A stretch of 62,452 bases of DNA, counting the filler, from Sphacelaria rigidula (Eukaryota): assembly GCA_964200075.2 (NCBI GenBank). It is 3 parts of 3 records of this genome, joined end to end, with 100 filler letters (N's around TTAATTAATTAA, not from the genome) between each part and the next. Parts side by side here need not be neighbours in the genome. Positions count along the whole stretch, not along the records: positions 1 to 20,768 come from CAXNAA020000495.1; 2 more parts are not named here. One strand, written 5' to 3'. Under the pieces are notes generated by a model. It was not told the origin of the DNA, made no database searches, and was given only the letters and a program-made list of their open reading frames with translations. Positions 1 through 14,200 of this stretch are shown here, one piece after another (the stretch's first letter is position 1; each line of letters opens with the position of its first letter). A program made the translations under genes and the position numbers.

Positions 1-62
1 GATGCGAAGTCAATGGTCTTATGACTATGGCACGCATGATCATGAGTACCCCCCCCCCCCCC
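1..62 (+). mobile_element. LINE 3'-end fragment ending in ATGAGTA + C14
   Basis: GATGCG..GTCAATGG..ATGACTATGGCA..ATGAGTAC(C)n aligns with the LINE 3' end at 1654-1698 and with 15081-15138. Confidence 0.65.
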
Positions 63-86
63 GATAACAACGTACTGTTTCTCCCT

Positions 87-1698
87 AAATGTGCATAAGG
101 CTTATGACACAGTATGGAGAAATGGACTGTGGAAAAAGATGTGGAAACTGGGATCAGAGGAAAGATGTGGAGAATGGTGAAGAAGATGACAGAATGTGCC
201 GAAGGTGCTATGGTCCTAGACGGGGAAATATCGAAATGTTTTGGTATCTTACAAGGAGTTGCACAAGGATGTACGTTATCACCCACTTTGTGCAAGGTAT
301 TCGTTAATGACCTGACAGTAGCGATAGAAGCAGAAAATCAAGGAGTCAAGGTGGGTGAAGATGTGCGATCAGGTTTGATGTTCGCAGATGGTACTGAGGG
401 GATTTCAGGAACATCAGAATGATTGCGAAGTCGAATAGAAAAGGCTCTGGAATACACGAGGAAACGGATAGTGACAGCGAACGTTAACAAATGCGCAGTA
501 CTCGTCTAAAACAGAAACAGGAAAATTCGGTAAAGTTCAAATGGAAGTGGGGAGAAGAGGAGCTGCCGATCGTAGACCAGTATACATACCTTGGTGTAGA
601 GATATCAAGAAACTGTTCTTGGGATGCACACATGAATAAGGTAACAGAAAAAGGTGAGGCACAGACAATGAGGATGGACATGATCCTCAGCATCTAGGCA
701 CTAGGATTAAGAGAAGTATCCTGATGAACGTGATCGTACCAAAGCTGGAATATGTAGGAGAAGTATGGGAGGGGAACGTGAAGTTGGTGAAGAACTTAGA
801 GACAGTACAGATGGCAGCAGCTAAGAAGATACTTGGATGCTTGAAACGACGAGTAATACAGCGTTGAGAGTAGAGTTGGGAATGCATTCACTAAAAAAAC
901 AGCACGAGGAAATTGAGGTGGCAATATAGCGTAAAGAACATGCAGAGAAAGAGATTGCCAACTGTAGTTAATAGGGTTATATGGAAGAAAAGTACGAAAG
1001 GGTATGCTATAAGATGGAATAAAGAAGTCGACAAAGTATTGAAGGAGATAGAAGAAAGCCAAGACGAAATGCTGTCCATAGGTGAAGGCGCGGGGTACAA
1101 GGCAAAAGTAAGAGACATGATAGAAGTAAGGGGAAAAAAAGCGCCCAGACGCAAAGTAGACGAGGAAGAACACCTGGAGATATACGGGGGGCTGAGAGAG
1201 GGCATCGGAACGAAAACATATCTGCATGGAACGCGGCGAAACATATGAAAGTGCGATTTCGGGTGGGGGACCTGGATCTGCCAGAAAGAAGAAGGAGATT
1301 TACCTGTCGTCGAAAGGAGGAAGTAAATGCACAGAAATGCCCCTGTGGCAAAGCAATAGAGAGCAGAGCTCATCTGGTGGCAGAATGTGGACTATACAAG
1401 GAGGAACGGGACGTGCTAGAGGGGGAAATGCGGGACGTAAACGAAGGTGGCATGAAATCGTTTGATGCATTAGACAGTAGGGAGAAGACGCCGGCTATAC
1501 TAGGAGATAGATGGTGGCCATAGACGGCGAAATATGACGGGGATAAGATGTGTAAAAGGTTTTTGTGCAGTGTATGAAAGGAACGAAATGAGCGCCGGAG
1601 TGCTGGAGGTGTCTCTAATAGGAGTAGGAACGGTGCTCCGTCTTGCAAGGGATGTGTGGTCAGTGTTTAAACGACTGAGGCAAGCAACAAATGAGTAC
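87..1698 (+). mobile_element. 5'-truncated, decayed non-LTR retrotransposon (LINE) ORF2: reverse transcriptase, C-terminal CCHC knuckle and 3' UTR
   Basis: Frameshifted pieces read KAYDTVWRNGLW...GIRGKMW, GVAQGCTLSPTL, LMFADG (catalytic FADD degenerate), YTYLGV, and CPCGKAIESRAHLVAEC. There are several stops and frameshifts. The 3' end AGGAGTAGGAACGGTGCTCCGTC...GGCAAGCAACAAATGAGTAC recurs elsewhere in the window. Confidence 0.93.
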
Positions 1699-4600
1699 GA
1701 ACCCGCTCGATAGCATTTTTGTAAACCGAGATTCTCCAGACGCAAGGCCCTGCACTGTCGGAGGGGCAGAGATCTATCGGCAAATCTCAATGCGACCTTT
1801 TGCACCGATTAAGTAAACACCTTTGTCATTCTCTGTCCCACAACGGGGTGCGGCGGCCGAAGCAAACCGTAACCGTTCTGGGGCGCCACATCCGCTCAAA
1901 TGGACCCTGAGCAGACCATTTGATTAAATGCGTAAAAGCAGGTGCTTTGGTTGAAAAAACGCCACAAAAAAGGCACCCCAACACAAACACCATGAATCAA
2001 GAGATGCGGACCCCGGAATGCTCGCTATACTCATCGGGAAGGTACTTGCAAAAAAGAGAGGAGCTGCTCCGCTATGGCGTCGGAGTTACCGGCATTGAAG
2101 GGCCCGTCGGCGATATTGTTCCGAATTCGGTTCTGGTGTCCAAGGGGGATCAAGAATCAGGATTGCATCAGCACGGGTAGAACGCTGTTGATGAGCTCGG
2201 TAGGGAACATGATGTAGGTGTAGAGGAAATAGCTACGTAGCCCAATAATGGAACCCCGAACAGGTATCACGTACTACGTGCGATATAGTCATCAGGGGTC
2301 AATCATTTCGACTTCTGGGGGACAAGGAAACAACATGTAGGCTTTGCAATTGAAGAAAGGGGGATCACGCGCCATAAGTTTGACATCACAGCCAAGACAT
2401 GCAGTGCGTCGAGGACCACAAAGTAAGCGCAGTGAGCGGACGAGTTCTGAACGTGTTGGGCAAGGTACGTGGTATCGTAGCCCAGGGCAGAGACAGGTAG
2501 CCGCCCTGACGCGAAATCTTGAACAGTAACACTTTTCACGCATAGTCGCGATGAGCTTAGCGGTACACCAAGTCCCGTGTTTAGACGACTCGTACTTAAG
2601 CGGAAGCAGGGGCGAAGGGAGGGGAGGGGAGAGGGACGGAACTGATACGTACAGGTCCCTGTGTCTCACGGAGGGGTTTCATGCTCGGTCATCTAGGGTA
2701 CCACCTTACAGTACTGTAGTACCCCACAGCACGGTGCGGTGCAGTGCAGTGCAGTACAGGGGTTGACCTAGATAAATGGGTGTAGGCAGTAGCCGTTCGC
2801 TCTTGAGAAACCCTCTATTGTAGGGCTGTGTATTGTTCTGTTTTATCAGCAACAGATGTTGGAAGATCGGCGCAGCGAATATGCCAATGTACCAGCAATA
2901 GGCATGGTGCTATAGCGGCTCCAATAGCCACACAATGGCGCAAGACCGAGCGATAAAGCCCCTTTCCCAGTGCTGAGAAGTCCCCGTCGGAGGCAGGGAA
3001 CGTATGCGTTTTGACTTCAAATCCCCTTCAAAATGAAGATGATAATTGAGCATCCACAGGCAACTATTGCTGAGAAAATGTGAAAATGGAGGACGGTTGT
3101 CGGATTCGCTGTCGGAACTGCCGCTGTTAAACAAATATCTGTACCGATGGGGGAAGTTCGTGCATTTGCTCTCTGGTTTCCTGCTTGAGGTATGTCGTTC
3201 CTTGCTTTCAACGTCAAGAGGGTACTACAGAAGATGACCAAAATGCTCGCGGTCTCAAGTGTTGTAAAAATTGCGAGCTCTAGGGTATACACCAGACGCG
3301 TTCCGTAGAAGATGTAACGGTTGCTTGGAGACAGCCCTTATTCGACCTGTGCTATTGCATAGTAGCGGCCCCCTGTTGCGAATTCGGAGCCGTGGAACCG
3401 AGGCCAGTTTGAGCCGAAGTCAGCAAGAAATAAGACCTCAGAAATGAGTTCACTTGGTCCTAGGCTCTGCTTGTATATTGTGCTGTATATTCTGTTAATA
3501 TTCGAGTGTGTGCTGATGTAGATGTCGTGAGCCTCCGCGCCTAAAGTGGGATAGGTCGTGATGAGGTCGGGGGTGCTGTTCATGCTTCGTTTTAACGAGG
3601 TACTCTTGCTGCCCAGATTAGAAGCATATTGGCATGAGAGGACTCACCCCATGACTCGGAGACCCATCGAGAGTGCCTGAAATTGGCTACTTGACATTCG
3701 CGGGCAGATGGCTGATAACACGCGCCAAATTGCATGAACAAGGGGGGCACTTGGGGATAACTCATTTCATTTCTGGACTCTGATGCATTGGGGGTAATGC
3801 TGCACCCCTCGGCAGTCAAGTATGATTCTTCGTGCACTCGATTGTAATCAGTGGTTCACCAAATTGAGTTCTGTGCAAGTAAGAAGGGCAGAGACGGTGA
3901 AACCGCAGCTCCTCCTTTGATAACCCCTTGGGCGCCCATGGGCCAGTAGTCTCCTTCTGTTTTTCGCCGGGGGTTCCGAGTATGTGCTTTGGATGAGAGA
4001 CAATGCATACATTGGAAAAAAAGGCTGCCACGCACATTTCCCGCGCCAGAGAGATTCGTGCGTAAGCTTGCGGCCAGTGGCCTTGCAATCTCAGGATAGA
4101 ATTTGTACACAGTACAGCACAGTAGATCGCGCCGGTAGAAGTATGTACAGGTGGTCAACCCACACAGCAGTTGCTGAAAGCTGTAAAGTGTGGTGCATAT
4201 AGCGGGGCTGTAGGTACTGTGGACACCGCGTGCGGGTGTGATCGGATGGTGAGTCGATTTTGTGCATGCAGTTCACAGATAGTTCCCTCCAACCTCCATA
4301 AACAACTGAGCAGGATGAGCACAAGAGGTTGACACACACTAATACTCAAATACACACACAAGCAACGCACATGAAACCGCAACGGCCAGCTCGTTCTTCC
4401 CAAACTTTGCTGCCCGAGCAGGAGCTCGTGACGTTGAAAGCAAGGGAATGGAGGGCGACCTCGGTCGGTTTTTGCGTTTTGAAAAAATAAACACGAACTG
4501 ACTCTCAGTTCCGCCCGCTTGGACATGGATAAGACTGAAACTCGCGACATCAAATCGTTTTCTCGCCCGAGGGGCCTACTAGGGGCCACCCTATGCCAGC

Positions 4601-7600
4601 ACCATGGTCATCTTCCAAAAGTGGGCGACGCGTTTGGAGGCAAAAGTTTTGGAATAGAAGGCCATGGGTGTCAAATGGGTTGATGGCCAACGCTCTGGCC
4701 GGTGCGAGATGGAATACGGCCTCGCTGCAAGACTGGCCATTATGAACGATTTGTGCCGTAGACCATTCTTAGCTCTGACTAGCGGTGCGATTTCCCCGCT
4801 TGTTCCCTCGTCCGCTCTACAGGTCCTCGAATATGCTGTGCCCTAATCAGAAGGACACCTCCCCCCGCGTTCACCCACGGGACTGTCGGCAAAAACAAGG
4901 CTCCGAGATGAGGCTCACAAAGGTTATCCGGAGTCGACAGGACGAACTGAACGGCTGCTTGGATTGTAGTGAGAAACGGTCAGACGTTATAGTGTGCAAT
5001 AGCTGGGTACGCGTTCGTCGAACCAGCTGCCACTTCGGTACACATGTGCTAGTACCTGCGTCCACGTCGCACTCACACCGTTTCTTATTTTTACCGCTAT
5101 AATTCTCGCACGCTGTACTGCCCCACACCCAAAAGCACGGTTCACATGTCAAACGCAACGTGTTACGGTGATCGAGGGAGTCAGTTCGGGTATGCAACAT
5201 TCCCTTCCTAGCGTGAACGGGCATCTTGACCTCATTTTCCTCAACAGCTGCGGTTGTGACTGAGGCTGATTACGGCGTCTATGTAGAGCCATTATCGTGA
5301 TCTGCCCATATCACGTACAATCTGCCTTACAGTAGGGTCTTGCCTTTCACGGGGGGTGTTATACACCGTACATCACAGTACAACACAGCACTGCAATTGT
5401 TTGGCGCAACGCAACTGGATGAGGAACGATGATGATTAGAGTCCTCAGGAGAAGAACCAGTTAGCTTCAAAACCATGCAGCGGTGCTATTTTCATCTATA
5501 TTGCGGTGGTATAGGCGTTAACAAACAGTGCCACAGGTGCTATTAACAAGCCGAGACATCGCACCGCAAGTCAGTGAAACAACACAGTAAAAGCACCCAG
5601 GTCGTGCACGCACAGTAGAGCAGGACAACAGCAGCCTAGAGAACATTCGCATACAGCGCACGAAAACGACAACAACATGTACCTGACTGGGATCACCGAG
5701 AGACAACTTCCTGGCGTGAGTCAAGGCGGCTGTCGTCGGTGCAGCGAACGAAGCCATGCGAGGAAAGCTTGGCGATCGCCTATTGCCTCCGCTGCCTGCA
5801 TCCTCCTCTCTCTTCGAGGGCTTAGTTCCGCCCATGCTACCGAACTAGCCTGTATTAGGGAAGAGCGGGTGACTTCCGATTGTGATTATATCGCTGTGCC
5901 TCAGAAACCGCTAATGAACCGAGAGTCCCATAGTTGACGGCTTGGTGGGGTGCTCGCAAGTGCCCGTCTCGTGTTCCACCCCCCCCCCCAGCGATCTCCG
6001 TAGAACGGCGTAAACATCTACGATGACGATCTACGAAAAACGAAGCGCAGATGTAGGTTCCTCCGCATGTCGGGTTATTTAGCCAGCACAAGGGGAATAC
6101 GCACGGTAGTCCCCTACGCTACAATTGATATCGCAAAAATTATAGTGCGCTACAACAGTCGTGTTCAATGGAGCGGGAGGTTTTGTCGCCCCTTTTTCTG
6201 TGATACGCTCAAAAAAATAGAGCGTCGTCGAACGATCCTTGAACAACCCCAAACACCGCCCGAGTCAGCAAAGGAGGAATTGTCTGCCAAGAGGCCAGAT
6301 ACCCCGGCGGATTCCTTCTGTATATGCCAACGTAGGCAACCTATCCCTAGTCCTAGCTATAATTCCAACCATACGACCCCACTAGGCGCTCGATCAGGAC
6401 TTGTCGGCGGCCTCGGTCGTCTGGGGCGAAGGAATGAAATATTGCGCAATGGACCGGCGTTTTCTTTCTTCTATCGGTGTCGTTGCTCGTTTCAACACGA
6501 GTACACAGTTAAAATAATGCCCTCGACCTCATATCCTGGTCATCATCTTACTCGCGGGAGCGGTGAAGGTGCGAAAAAGGCGGCATCGAGACGCGGTTGG
6601 TGAGCATATGTCCCCAACCGGTGTGCCCATACATAACTCTGTTTTTCGCTAAGACATCCTGGGATAGATGGACAAATTTTCTGTATATTCAATTTGCAGA
6701 TAAAAATTGTAGTCAGATCCCCCGAGAAAGTTACCCCCTGAGACAACAAAAATACGGCATCGCGTCGCCATGAGATACCCTCCGCGGCAAAGCGCAGGAG
6801 TGAACGGGGAACTAGCACAACTGCATTTCTTCTGGAGTCATACTGTGTGTGGATGGTGCTCTGTTTCGGAAAAACAATGCGGCAATCGTCTGTTTGCACC
6901 TACGAGGATGTGCACTGAGCACTACCTTGAGCACGTGCCGCAAGCACCAATATCACCCCCGATGGTCGTATTTGCGTCAAACTGCCTCCGGTACTACTGT
7001 CACCAGCAACACCCCCAGAATAAACTAGCTGAGTACAGAGAATACTACAGCTGCTGGCAAAAGTCATCTACCCTACATCGATGCAAGGTTCGATTTCCAT
7101 CTTGACTTTTGCAGACCGCACAGTGCACCAGCCACAGCGGGGCACAACTCCCCTGCGAAGGACAATGTGATTGAGATATTGTCCTTCACTGCCCGGCGAA
7201 ATATCGACGGCCACCTGTCGCGTCGCAAGACAAAAAGCGTCTCATCTTCTCAAACCAATCTCCGACACATCCCCCAGGAACACAGCTATTACTTTCTCCG
7301 GGCTGTTGGCCGTTGCTTCTAGGTCTGAGAGCCCCGTAGAAAAAAGGTTGCAGAATCAAATCTTGGACGAAGCAGCGCAACACTCAATGTTCAGCACTGC
7401 AACATGCACACATTTTTTGTTGAACCACAGATATTTAAAGCCGCGTCCATCCTGTATGACGATTGATACGATACATGGAGCGATCGAAAATGCTATGAAT
7501 AACGCAAAAATCCAGCGCCTGGCTTGTGCAGCATTACAACTCAACTTCCGAGTATCATCCTTCGGCCAAATAACAGCCAAGAAATCTGAAAAAATAGAAG

Positions 7601-7844
7601 CTGGAGGGTTCGAACGAGGGTGTTGTTCTGATCGCTTGAGCACCGCGTGCGGAACGCAAAACATATTTTGACCACCCGAAGAAGGACGGACACGCTATAG
7701 AAGAAGTGGTTGAGATATGACAGCAGCTGGGTTTACGATCAAGGCTATCGTGAGCAAAGCGGGGCGAAAAACGCTGGCAATCAAGAACAAAGCTATCCAG
7801 GCGAGACAAAAATCGAGTACCCCAAGTCACAAACAGCGTAGAGA

Positions 7845-8197
7845 TGTACGAACTGGCGGCGACAATCAATCGAACGGGTCGAATTTCCGAACACGGTACA
7901 CCTGTCGCGTGTTCGAATTTCTACAAATTTGCTCTTGCTCCGATACAAGGGGGTTGACACGTGAAAAAGGCGCTTTGTTTCCTCTACTGTACGTAATAAT
8001 CGAGTTTCCTGAGTCGAGATAATAATCGAGTTCCCTTAGTCACAGGGTGCAGGTGTACGAACTGGTGATGATAATCAATCGAACGGGTCGAATGTCTGAA
8101 CACGATACGCCTGTCGCGTGTTGAGTGATATTTTTCACAATTTTGCTCTAGCTCGGGTTCAAAGGGGTTGTCACGTGGTCTGCGTCCTCTACTGTAC
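7845..8197. repeat. Imperfect direct repeat, period about 209 bp
   Basis: TGTACGAACTGG...AATCAATCGAACGGGTCGAAT...CCTGTCGCGTGTT...GGGGTTG.CACGTG...CCTCTACTGTAC starts at both 7845 and 8054. Confidence 0.8.
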
Positions 8198-8243
8198 ACA
8201 CATCGCCTGATTTTGGGGAGATATTATCGTAGAAAGTGTCACG

Positions 8244-8344
<101 letters not shown>

Positions 8345-8439
8345 TTTCATCTGAGACCATGTTGCAGAGGCCGGCCATTTCAAGCTTTACTATACTTTAC
8401 CCAGTATACATTCATACATATGTTGCAGATTTCTCAGCT

Positions 8440-8662
8440 CCTCTCCTTACCCTTTCCTGCTTCACTGGGCTTTGTTTTCGTCGGTTTTTGGTTCATTTTT
8501 CAGTTTGGCTCCGTTTTTCTATCGTTTCGTCTTTTCCCAATTTTCTTCTTCAGCGAGAATTTTCGTTTTGTTCACCTTTGCGTGCGTCCATCTTGTGATC
8601 ACGACTGAGTCCGTCGGGGGTGGGTCAATGTGCAACCAACATCAACAAATAAATCAATCGAT
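8440..8662 (+). mobile_element. SINE-like element: T-rich body, conserved 3' end and AATC-type tail
   Basis: TTCTTCAGCGAG...TTTGTTCAC...GTGCGTCCATCTTGTGATCACG...ATGTGCAA...AATCAATC is similar to the reverse complement of 17461-17580. Confidence 0.55.
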
Positions 8663-11259
8663 CATCGGCGCAGGTTCTCCCCATCTGGTTGCGTCGCTTG
8701 AACGCTGCCGTACCAGTACGTCATACGCTTCCGGCTCATATTGCCCACCCGAAGTCCACGTCTACTGCAACCATGTCTCACTTGTCACAACATACGGTCA
8801 CGTTTCCACGAGAATGTGATCCGACGCCAAACCGTTTCCCACGCCTGCCTCCACCCGCTCTGTCACTGCCGTCTTGCTCAACCTCGGACGTCCCCTGCCT
8901 TTTGCCGCTTCCGCCAGAGATTACCACCATCGCTCACATTCTACGTTCATCCATGCAATACAGAAACATCCTCACCACGACACCCGCGGAGAACGAAAGC
9001 CTAACCTCTGGTCTCGCGATTGTACGGTCGATTTCAGGTCTTTCACAAACATCAATAGCCGCAGCACCGAGACACGGGCGTAGCGCGAGAAAATGGCGAC
9101 TCGTTTTCCGTTTTCGCTCGGGCTTCTCTTCCCCGATACGTTCGTAGTCGTCAGCAACGACTCCGGGAGTCCTTTATAGTGCAGCAAGTGTCTCCGGCCT
9201 CAGCTGCACAAGCCCTACCTGCTTCGCGCCGGCCCCTGGATTTCCAGACAATGGTGCCATTTAAACCACAACGCGAACCTGCACCCTTCTGGAGCTGAAA
9301 ATACTCTAGTATTGAGGGATGGGTAACGCGATTCTGTAACCTACCCCGCGCAAAAGCATGAAGTTGAACTATCTGCATCTACCAGGACCTGCGCTCCTCT
9401 GGAGTCATTGCAACCGCCACGGGTATCTCCCGAAGAACTCGCGCCACACTGCCACTAACGCCACCGGTCCGTTCGTGTTGTGTCACCTTGTGCTCACATA
9501 GACAAACAATTACCCATCGCTGTATTTCCTCCCCCCTCACGCGCACATGGGTACCCCACACCGCAGCCGACGCATCGGTCACCCCCCCGGTGACTGACAA
9601 CGTACAATGATAGGCGAACGCCATGGACTGTCCCGCAAACGCGAATCATTGACCAAACACGCCTCAAACTCTTTTCACAGCCCACTGCTATTCTTCACCT
9701 GGGTACATTATATCCACTCCCGATGCACTGGCTTTTGCTGGCCTCGCACACTCTTGAGCATTAACGCTTACCCAATTCGTGAGACCCAAATGCAAGGTGC
9801 ATACCGGGGAAGGATGGGCTGATTCCTTGAGACCACGGACTCGTCCCGAGGAAAGAGAGGGATTCAAAGTCCGACATAATATATGTATATATATATATTT
9901 ACCCTGGAAGTGTTGCATCGCAGACTTTGATTCGTGGGTAGGAGAGGAAAACGTGTGCGGGTGGACCGTAGTCGTGAGGAGTGGAAAGAACACCAAGCAC
10001 TGAAGTGTTGGTCGATATCACACCGTGCAGTGTTTTTCAGATGATAGAGTTTCGACAGTTTTGGGCCGAACGATGGACGAACCAGGTAATGCACCTTCAA
10101 GAAAAAGCACGACCCTTCTCGTCAAAACATTACCCCCTTATCTAATATTTTTCTTAACACATCCAGTGAAGTTAGGCAAACTGGCCATATAATTCCTCTC
10201 TGTTCCATAAGTAAAGGTCTTTCCGGGCGGCAGATCATATTCCGCCAATGGAGTTGCCCACGATGCCAAAGTTAGGTTTGCTGAGAAGGTATTGATACGG
10301 TGATGCTCATGAAAACAAATCTGACTCGGACTTACTGCGAATTCGTGGGTCAAAAAGTGGGACATTTGGCGGTGTTTTTGGGGGTTCTTTATGTCGATGG
10401 GCGATAACGACTTTGGTGCGGAGCATACGGGGGTATCGGCGCGGTAAAAGGCAGGGACGTTAGGAAGGGCGGGAACATAGGATCAGGGGGCCTTTACGAA
10501 GTTCTCGGGCTATCTAGCATCAAGCCCCAGTCACGGTGAGGACGGTTAACGAAAATGTTTGATTTGTTTCGAGACTTTTCCGCCCCTAGAAAAGGGAGAA
10601 AAATACGGCTTTTGGGGGGCTGACTGCTGCTTTTTCAGTTCATGCATGCAGGGTGGTGCGTACAAAAACGAACGGGTTCCAACTAAAAAAACACCGAAGG
10701 TTTCAAAAACATTATCGCCTACGGCGTCGGACACCGTTAAGGACCTGTGTAATCACAAGGACCTGTACTTATGGGACAGAGGAAGTATCATCATCGATCT
10801 CGTTCCTGTCAATCGCCCATGGTCAAGTTTTGAAAAGATTCCTGCAGCTCAGCTGGTTATAATCTGAATTGTGACCTTAGGTCCAGACTGTTACTACTTT
10901 AGGGTAGGGCTTCCGTATGTCGTCGTCGTCGTCGTCGTCGTCATGGTCGTTGTGGCTGTTGTTGTTCGGGGGGCACTTATTGAATGGCAGTCGTTTATTC
11001 ACACCAACAAAGCACGATAGTGAAAACGATGCACACAGAACAAACTGCCGATCCGAGCAAGAAATTGTGAGGGGTGACCTTGATTGACACTGCAGCGTTG
11101 TGTGCCCTACGCGAAGGGTAAATTATTGCACAACGTATAGAGAGTCACACGCCTTCTTCTCTCGTAGCTCTTACAGATGCCCCCCATCGCTTTGTGTCCA
11201 TTACGATGTACCCCATTTTATCCGCGTTGATCTGCTTGCACGCTTATTCGGTCGGTCAG

Positions 11260-14200
11260 GCGTTCGAGAGTAGGTGCGACATTACCAGGACAGAATGTGA
11301 GGGCCAGCACTACTCGGCATGCCAGAGCCGCCTGCCGGCGGGAGAATGCGTTGAACAGAACGTGACCATCTATGCCTGCGAGCGAGCGGGTTGCGGGTAC
11401 ATTCAAGACCTCGACCATTCTGTTGGTGAGGCATAGGTATTCCTCGCAGAATCCGTTCGTGGTGTGTCTTCTCATGTGGTACCACATTGTAGTCTAATCG
11501 ATGGTTGCATGTGCGGCGATCAATCATCCGTCAACCTATTGAATGATTTATTCAACTTTTTCGGTGCAACAACCAATCCCCACGTTTTCCAGCCGTGGTC
11601 ACAGAGTAGACGTGCCGAAGCTAAACAAAAACCGAACTCTCGCTGGAGGAAAGTAGATATATCAAGTTACAGTATAGCTAAAGTTTTACACATACCACGC
11701 GACTGTAGGGTATATCCTTCCTAAGTAGAGTCATTGCAGGTCGGCTTGTTTTCGCCCATGTTTGTGTACGTCTTGGGAAATGATCCCGTCACCACGTTTT
11801 CCCCATTTACAATTCTCAGCTACTATAAGTCGGTCGCCCCGGTGCCGCAGTAGGTAACCTCGAAGCCTCCCCGCGGTTGGGGCATGCATTCGAATGTCGG
11901 TGAAGTCACTATCTGGGATTTTCCCCCACCTTATGCCCAACAAGGAGAGCGACTACGTCGTGGGTACACAAAATTCGACTTTACCGTCTGCGAGGGAAAG
12001 GAGTCGCTGAACCCTTTTCCCGATAAAAAGAACGGCAAGCACCGCAAAATGTAGGTGGAGTACTCAAAACAACATACAACAATGAACTTCTGTGTTAATC
12101 ATTCTCCTGTGTGACCCCCGCTGGTGCGTCCACATATACCGAAACATGTAGACTTGTGTCCAGAATAGATTAAATGATAGCGCACACAAAACAACTTCTT
12201 ATTCTGAGTCTGCCATTATCGCAAGACAAACAATAGATTAAGGTGCGGGTTGTGAAATCCATACGAGCACCCATATGGCGCCCTGTTTTTCGTTTTTGTA
12301 TTGCACACCGCATCCAGCGTAAGACCTTCTTCTAGTATAGCACGCATACTATGTGGTAAACCTACCAATACACCACTTTGCTACTGTCATCTGTAGTTCA
12401 TGACTCGAGTCGTTGTTGTTTCTCATGAAATGCCTCCCCCAGAAATCTAGCGCCTATGGCCACAGCAGCGGTGGCACAAAAAGACGCCCATGGGCATGAA
12501 AATCCGAGGACCACCACTTGATCATTGTTGTCAGAGGTACTGTGCGTACATGCATGTGTATGCCGTAATGCCGTACCAAACAATCCTATTCTTGCGCTTT
12601 TGCTACTGAAGATTTCAGGCCGCCTTTGTAAAGTGTACCGTTGTCGGAAGGCACATGACACGCAGGTACACTTCAGTACCCACGCACGCCTGTTCTTCTT
12701 TTCGTGCTGCACACGAAGTCGCGCCTACGACCCACGTAGTAGCGTAGGTGCCCTCGCACAGTTTCCGATGGACCCAATCGCAATGCCACGAATACACGTC
12801 GACACCTTTGAGCTCGTTACACCGGCCTTGTCGTCGACAATGTCTTCTCTTACTTCAAACTCCTCCCCTTCCTCGGGAGAGGTGTGCTCACCACTTGGTC
12901 GATGAAGAAATTTCTCGGAAAATATATATTTTGAAATGACGATCGCCCTAACCCTAACCCCAACCAAAGGTATACCGAGAACCCTCCGGCGAGGGGTGTG
13001 TGAAGCGTTTCCTAGGAAAAGTGTGGCGTTGGCAGACCTCAAAACGGCGCCACCGGCGCCGATTTCGACGAAAACGCGTTCTGCGCACGCGAGGGGTAGT
13101 TGGGGCTGTCAGTCCCGCTGACGATCCGAATATCGGTGTTTACACTCAAATCGAGTAATAAAATTCCGGGAAAGTTCTAATCGACCAAGTGGTAAACACT
13201 ACTGCCTCGGGATGAGTCCGTGATCTCATGGGATCAATCCATCTCTCCTTCGGCACACTCGTTATATTTTGGCGCTTCGCGGACCGGATCAGCGCCCCGC
13301 ACCGCGTCGACTGTCCTCTATAAAAAAATCAGTCAAACATATATATATTTTTGCTACTCACATCCTCACGCTTTCAACGACGGAAATCAACACACCCTGC
13401 ACAATAGAATACATAGTCAAAAAGTGTACTGCGTACAGTATCGACTATTGCGCCTATTTCGATAGACAATATATCTCATACTGTACGCAGTACATTTTTT
13501 GTACAATAGAATCTTTTGTCCAGGAACAAACACTTGCGAGAGAAACGCCGAACCAGGCGCATTATGGAGGAAAACAAACCCGCGTTTTTCTCGACCTGAT
13601 CGTGTCAGCTGCACTGCCAGACAACCACAGCGCCAATCTGCAGAATATAATCCAAGAAATGCTCGGTCATCTACAATTAAAGATGGTGCTATTTCGCGAT
13701 TCTCACCCATCCGTGTTCATCTTCATTTCGCTCTGCAGTTCGAATCCCCTTGGATAGCCTGGATGGGCCGAACTTCAACCCCACGAACTTCGACGCCTTG
13801 GAGACCGTTTGTTACGGCTTGATTCTCGACCCGACCCTCAAAAGCGAGCACGGCAATTCGGCGGGGGACGAGGTGTCACCAATATTCACCTATTTTGGAT
13901 CATGGACTGGAGTCATGCGCATCTACCCCGGTAAGTGCTTTTGTTCTTCATGTTCCAAAGTCTCACAGTACTGAAACCTCTGCTGTTCTGTTCATCGATC
14001 TGCTTGTATGGCCTCCCAACAATGCCTACCAATAGCTGGTCCTCTCATGTATCATCCAACCGCGGTCACAAAAAGAGAAAAGACCAGGATCGAGCACAAG
14101 AAAGAACTTGTTCGCTGGAACGACACTCGAGCAGAGAAAAAGTACAAAAAACAAAAAAAGAGCGAAATTTTAAAATGGCGCTGCCTGCGCATTACTCCCA

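Noticed and set aside
1900..7100. Numerous short ORFs, possibly decayed TE or viral sequence
   Set aside because: No recognisable motif in the frames I examined and no consistent splice chain; cannot be supported without a database search.
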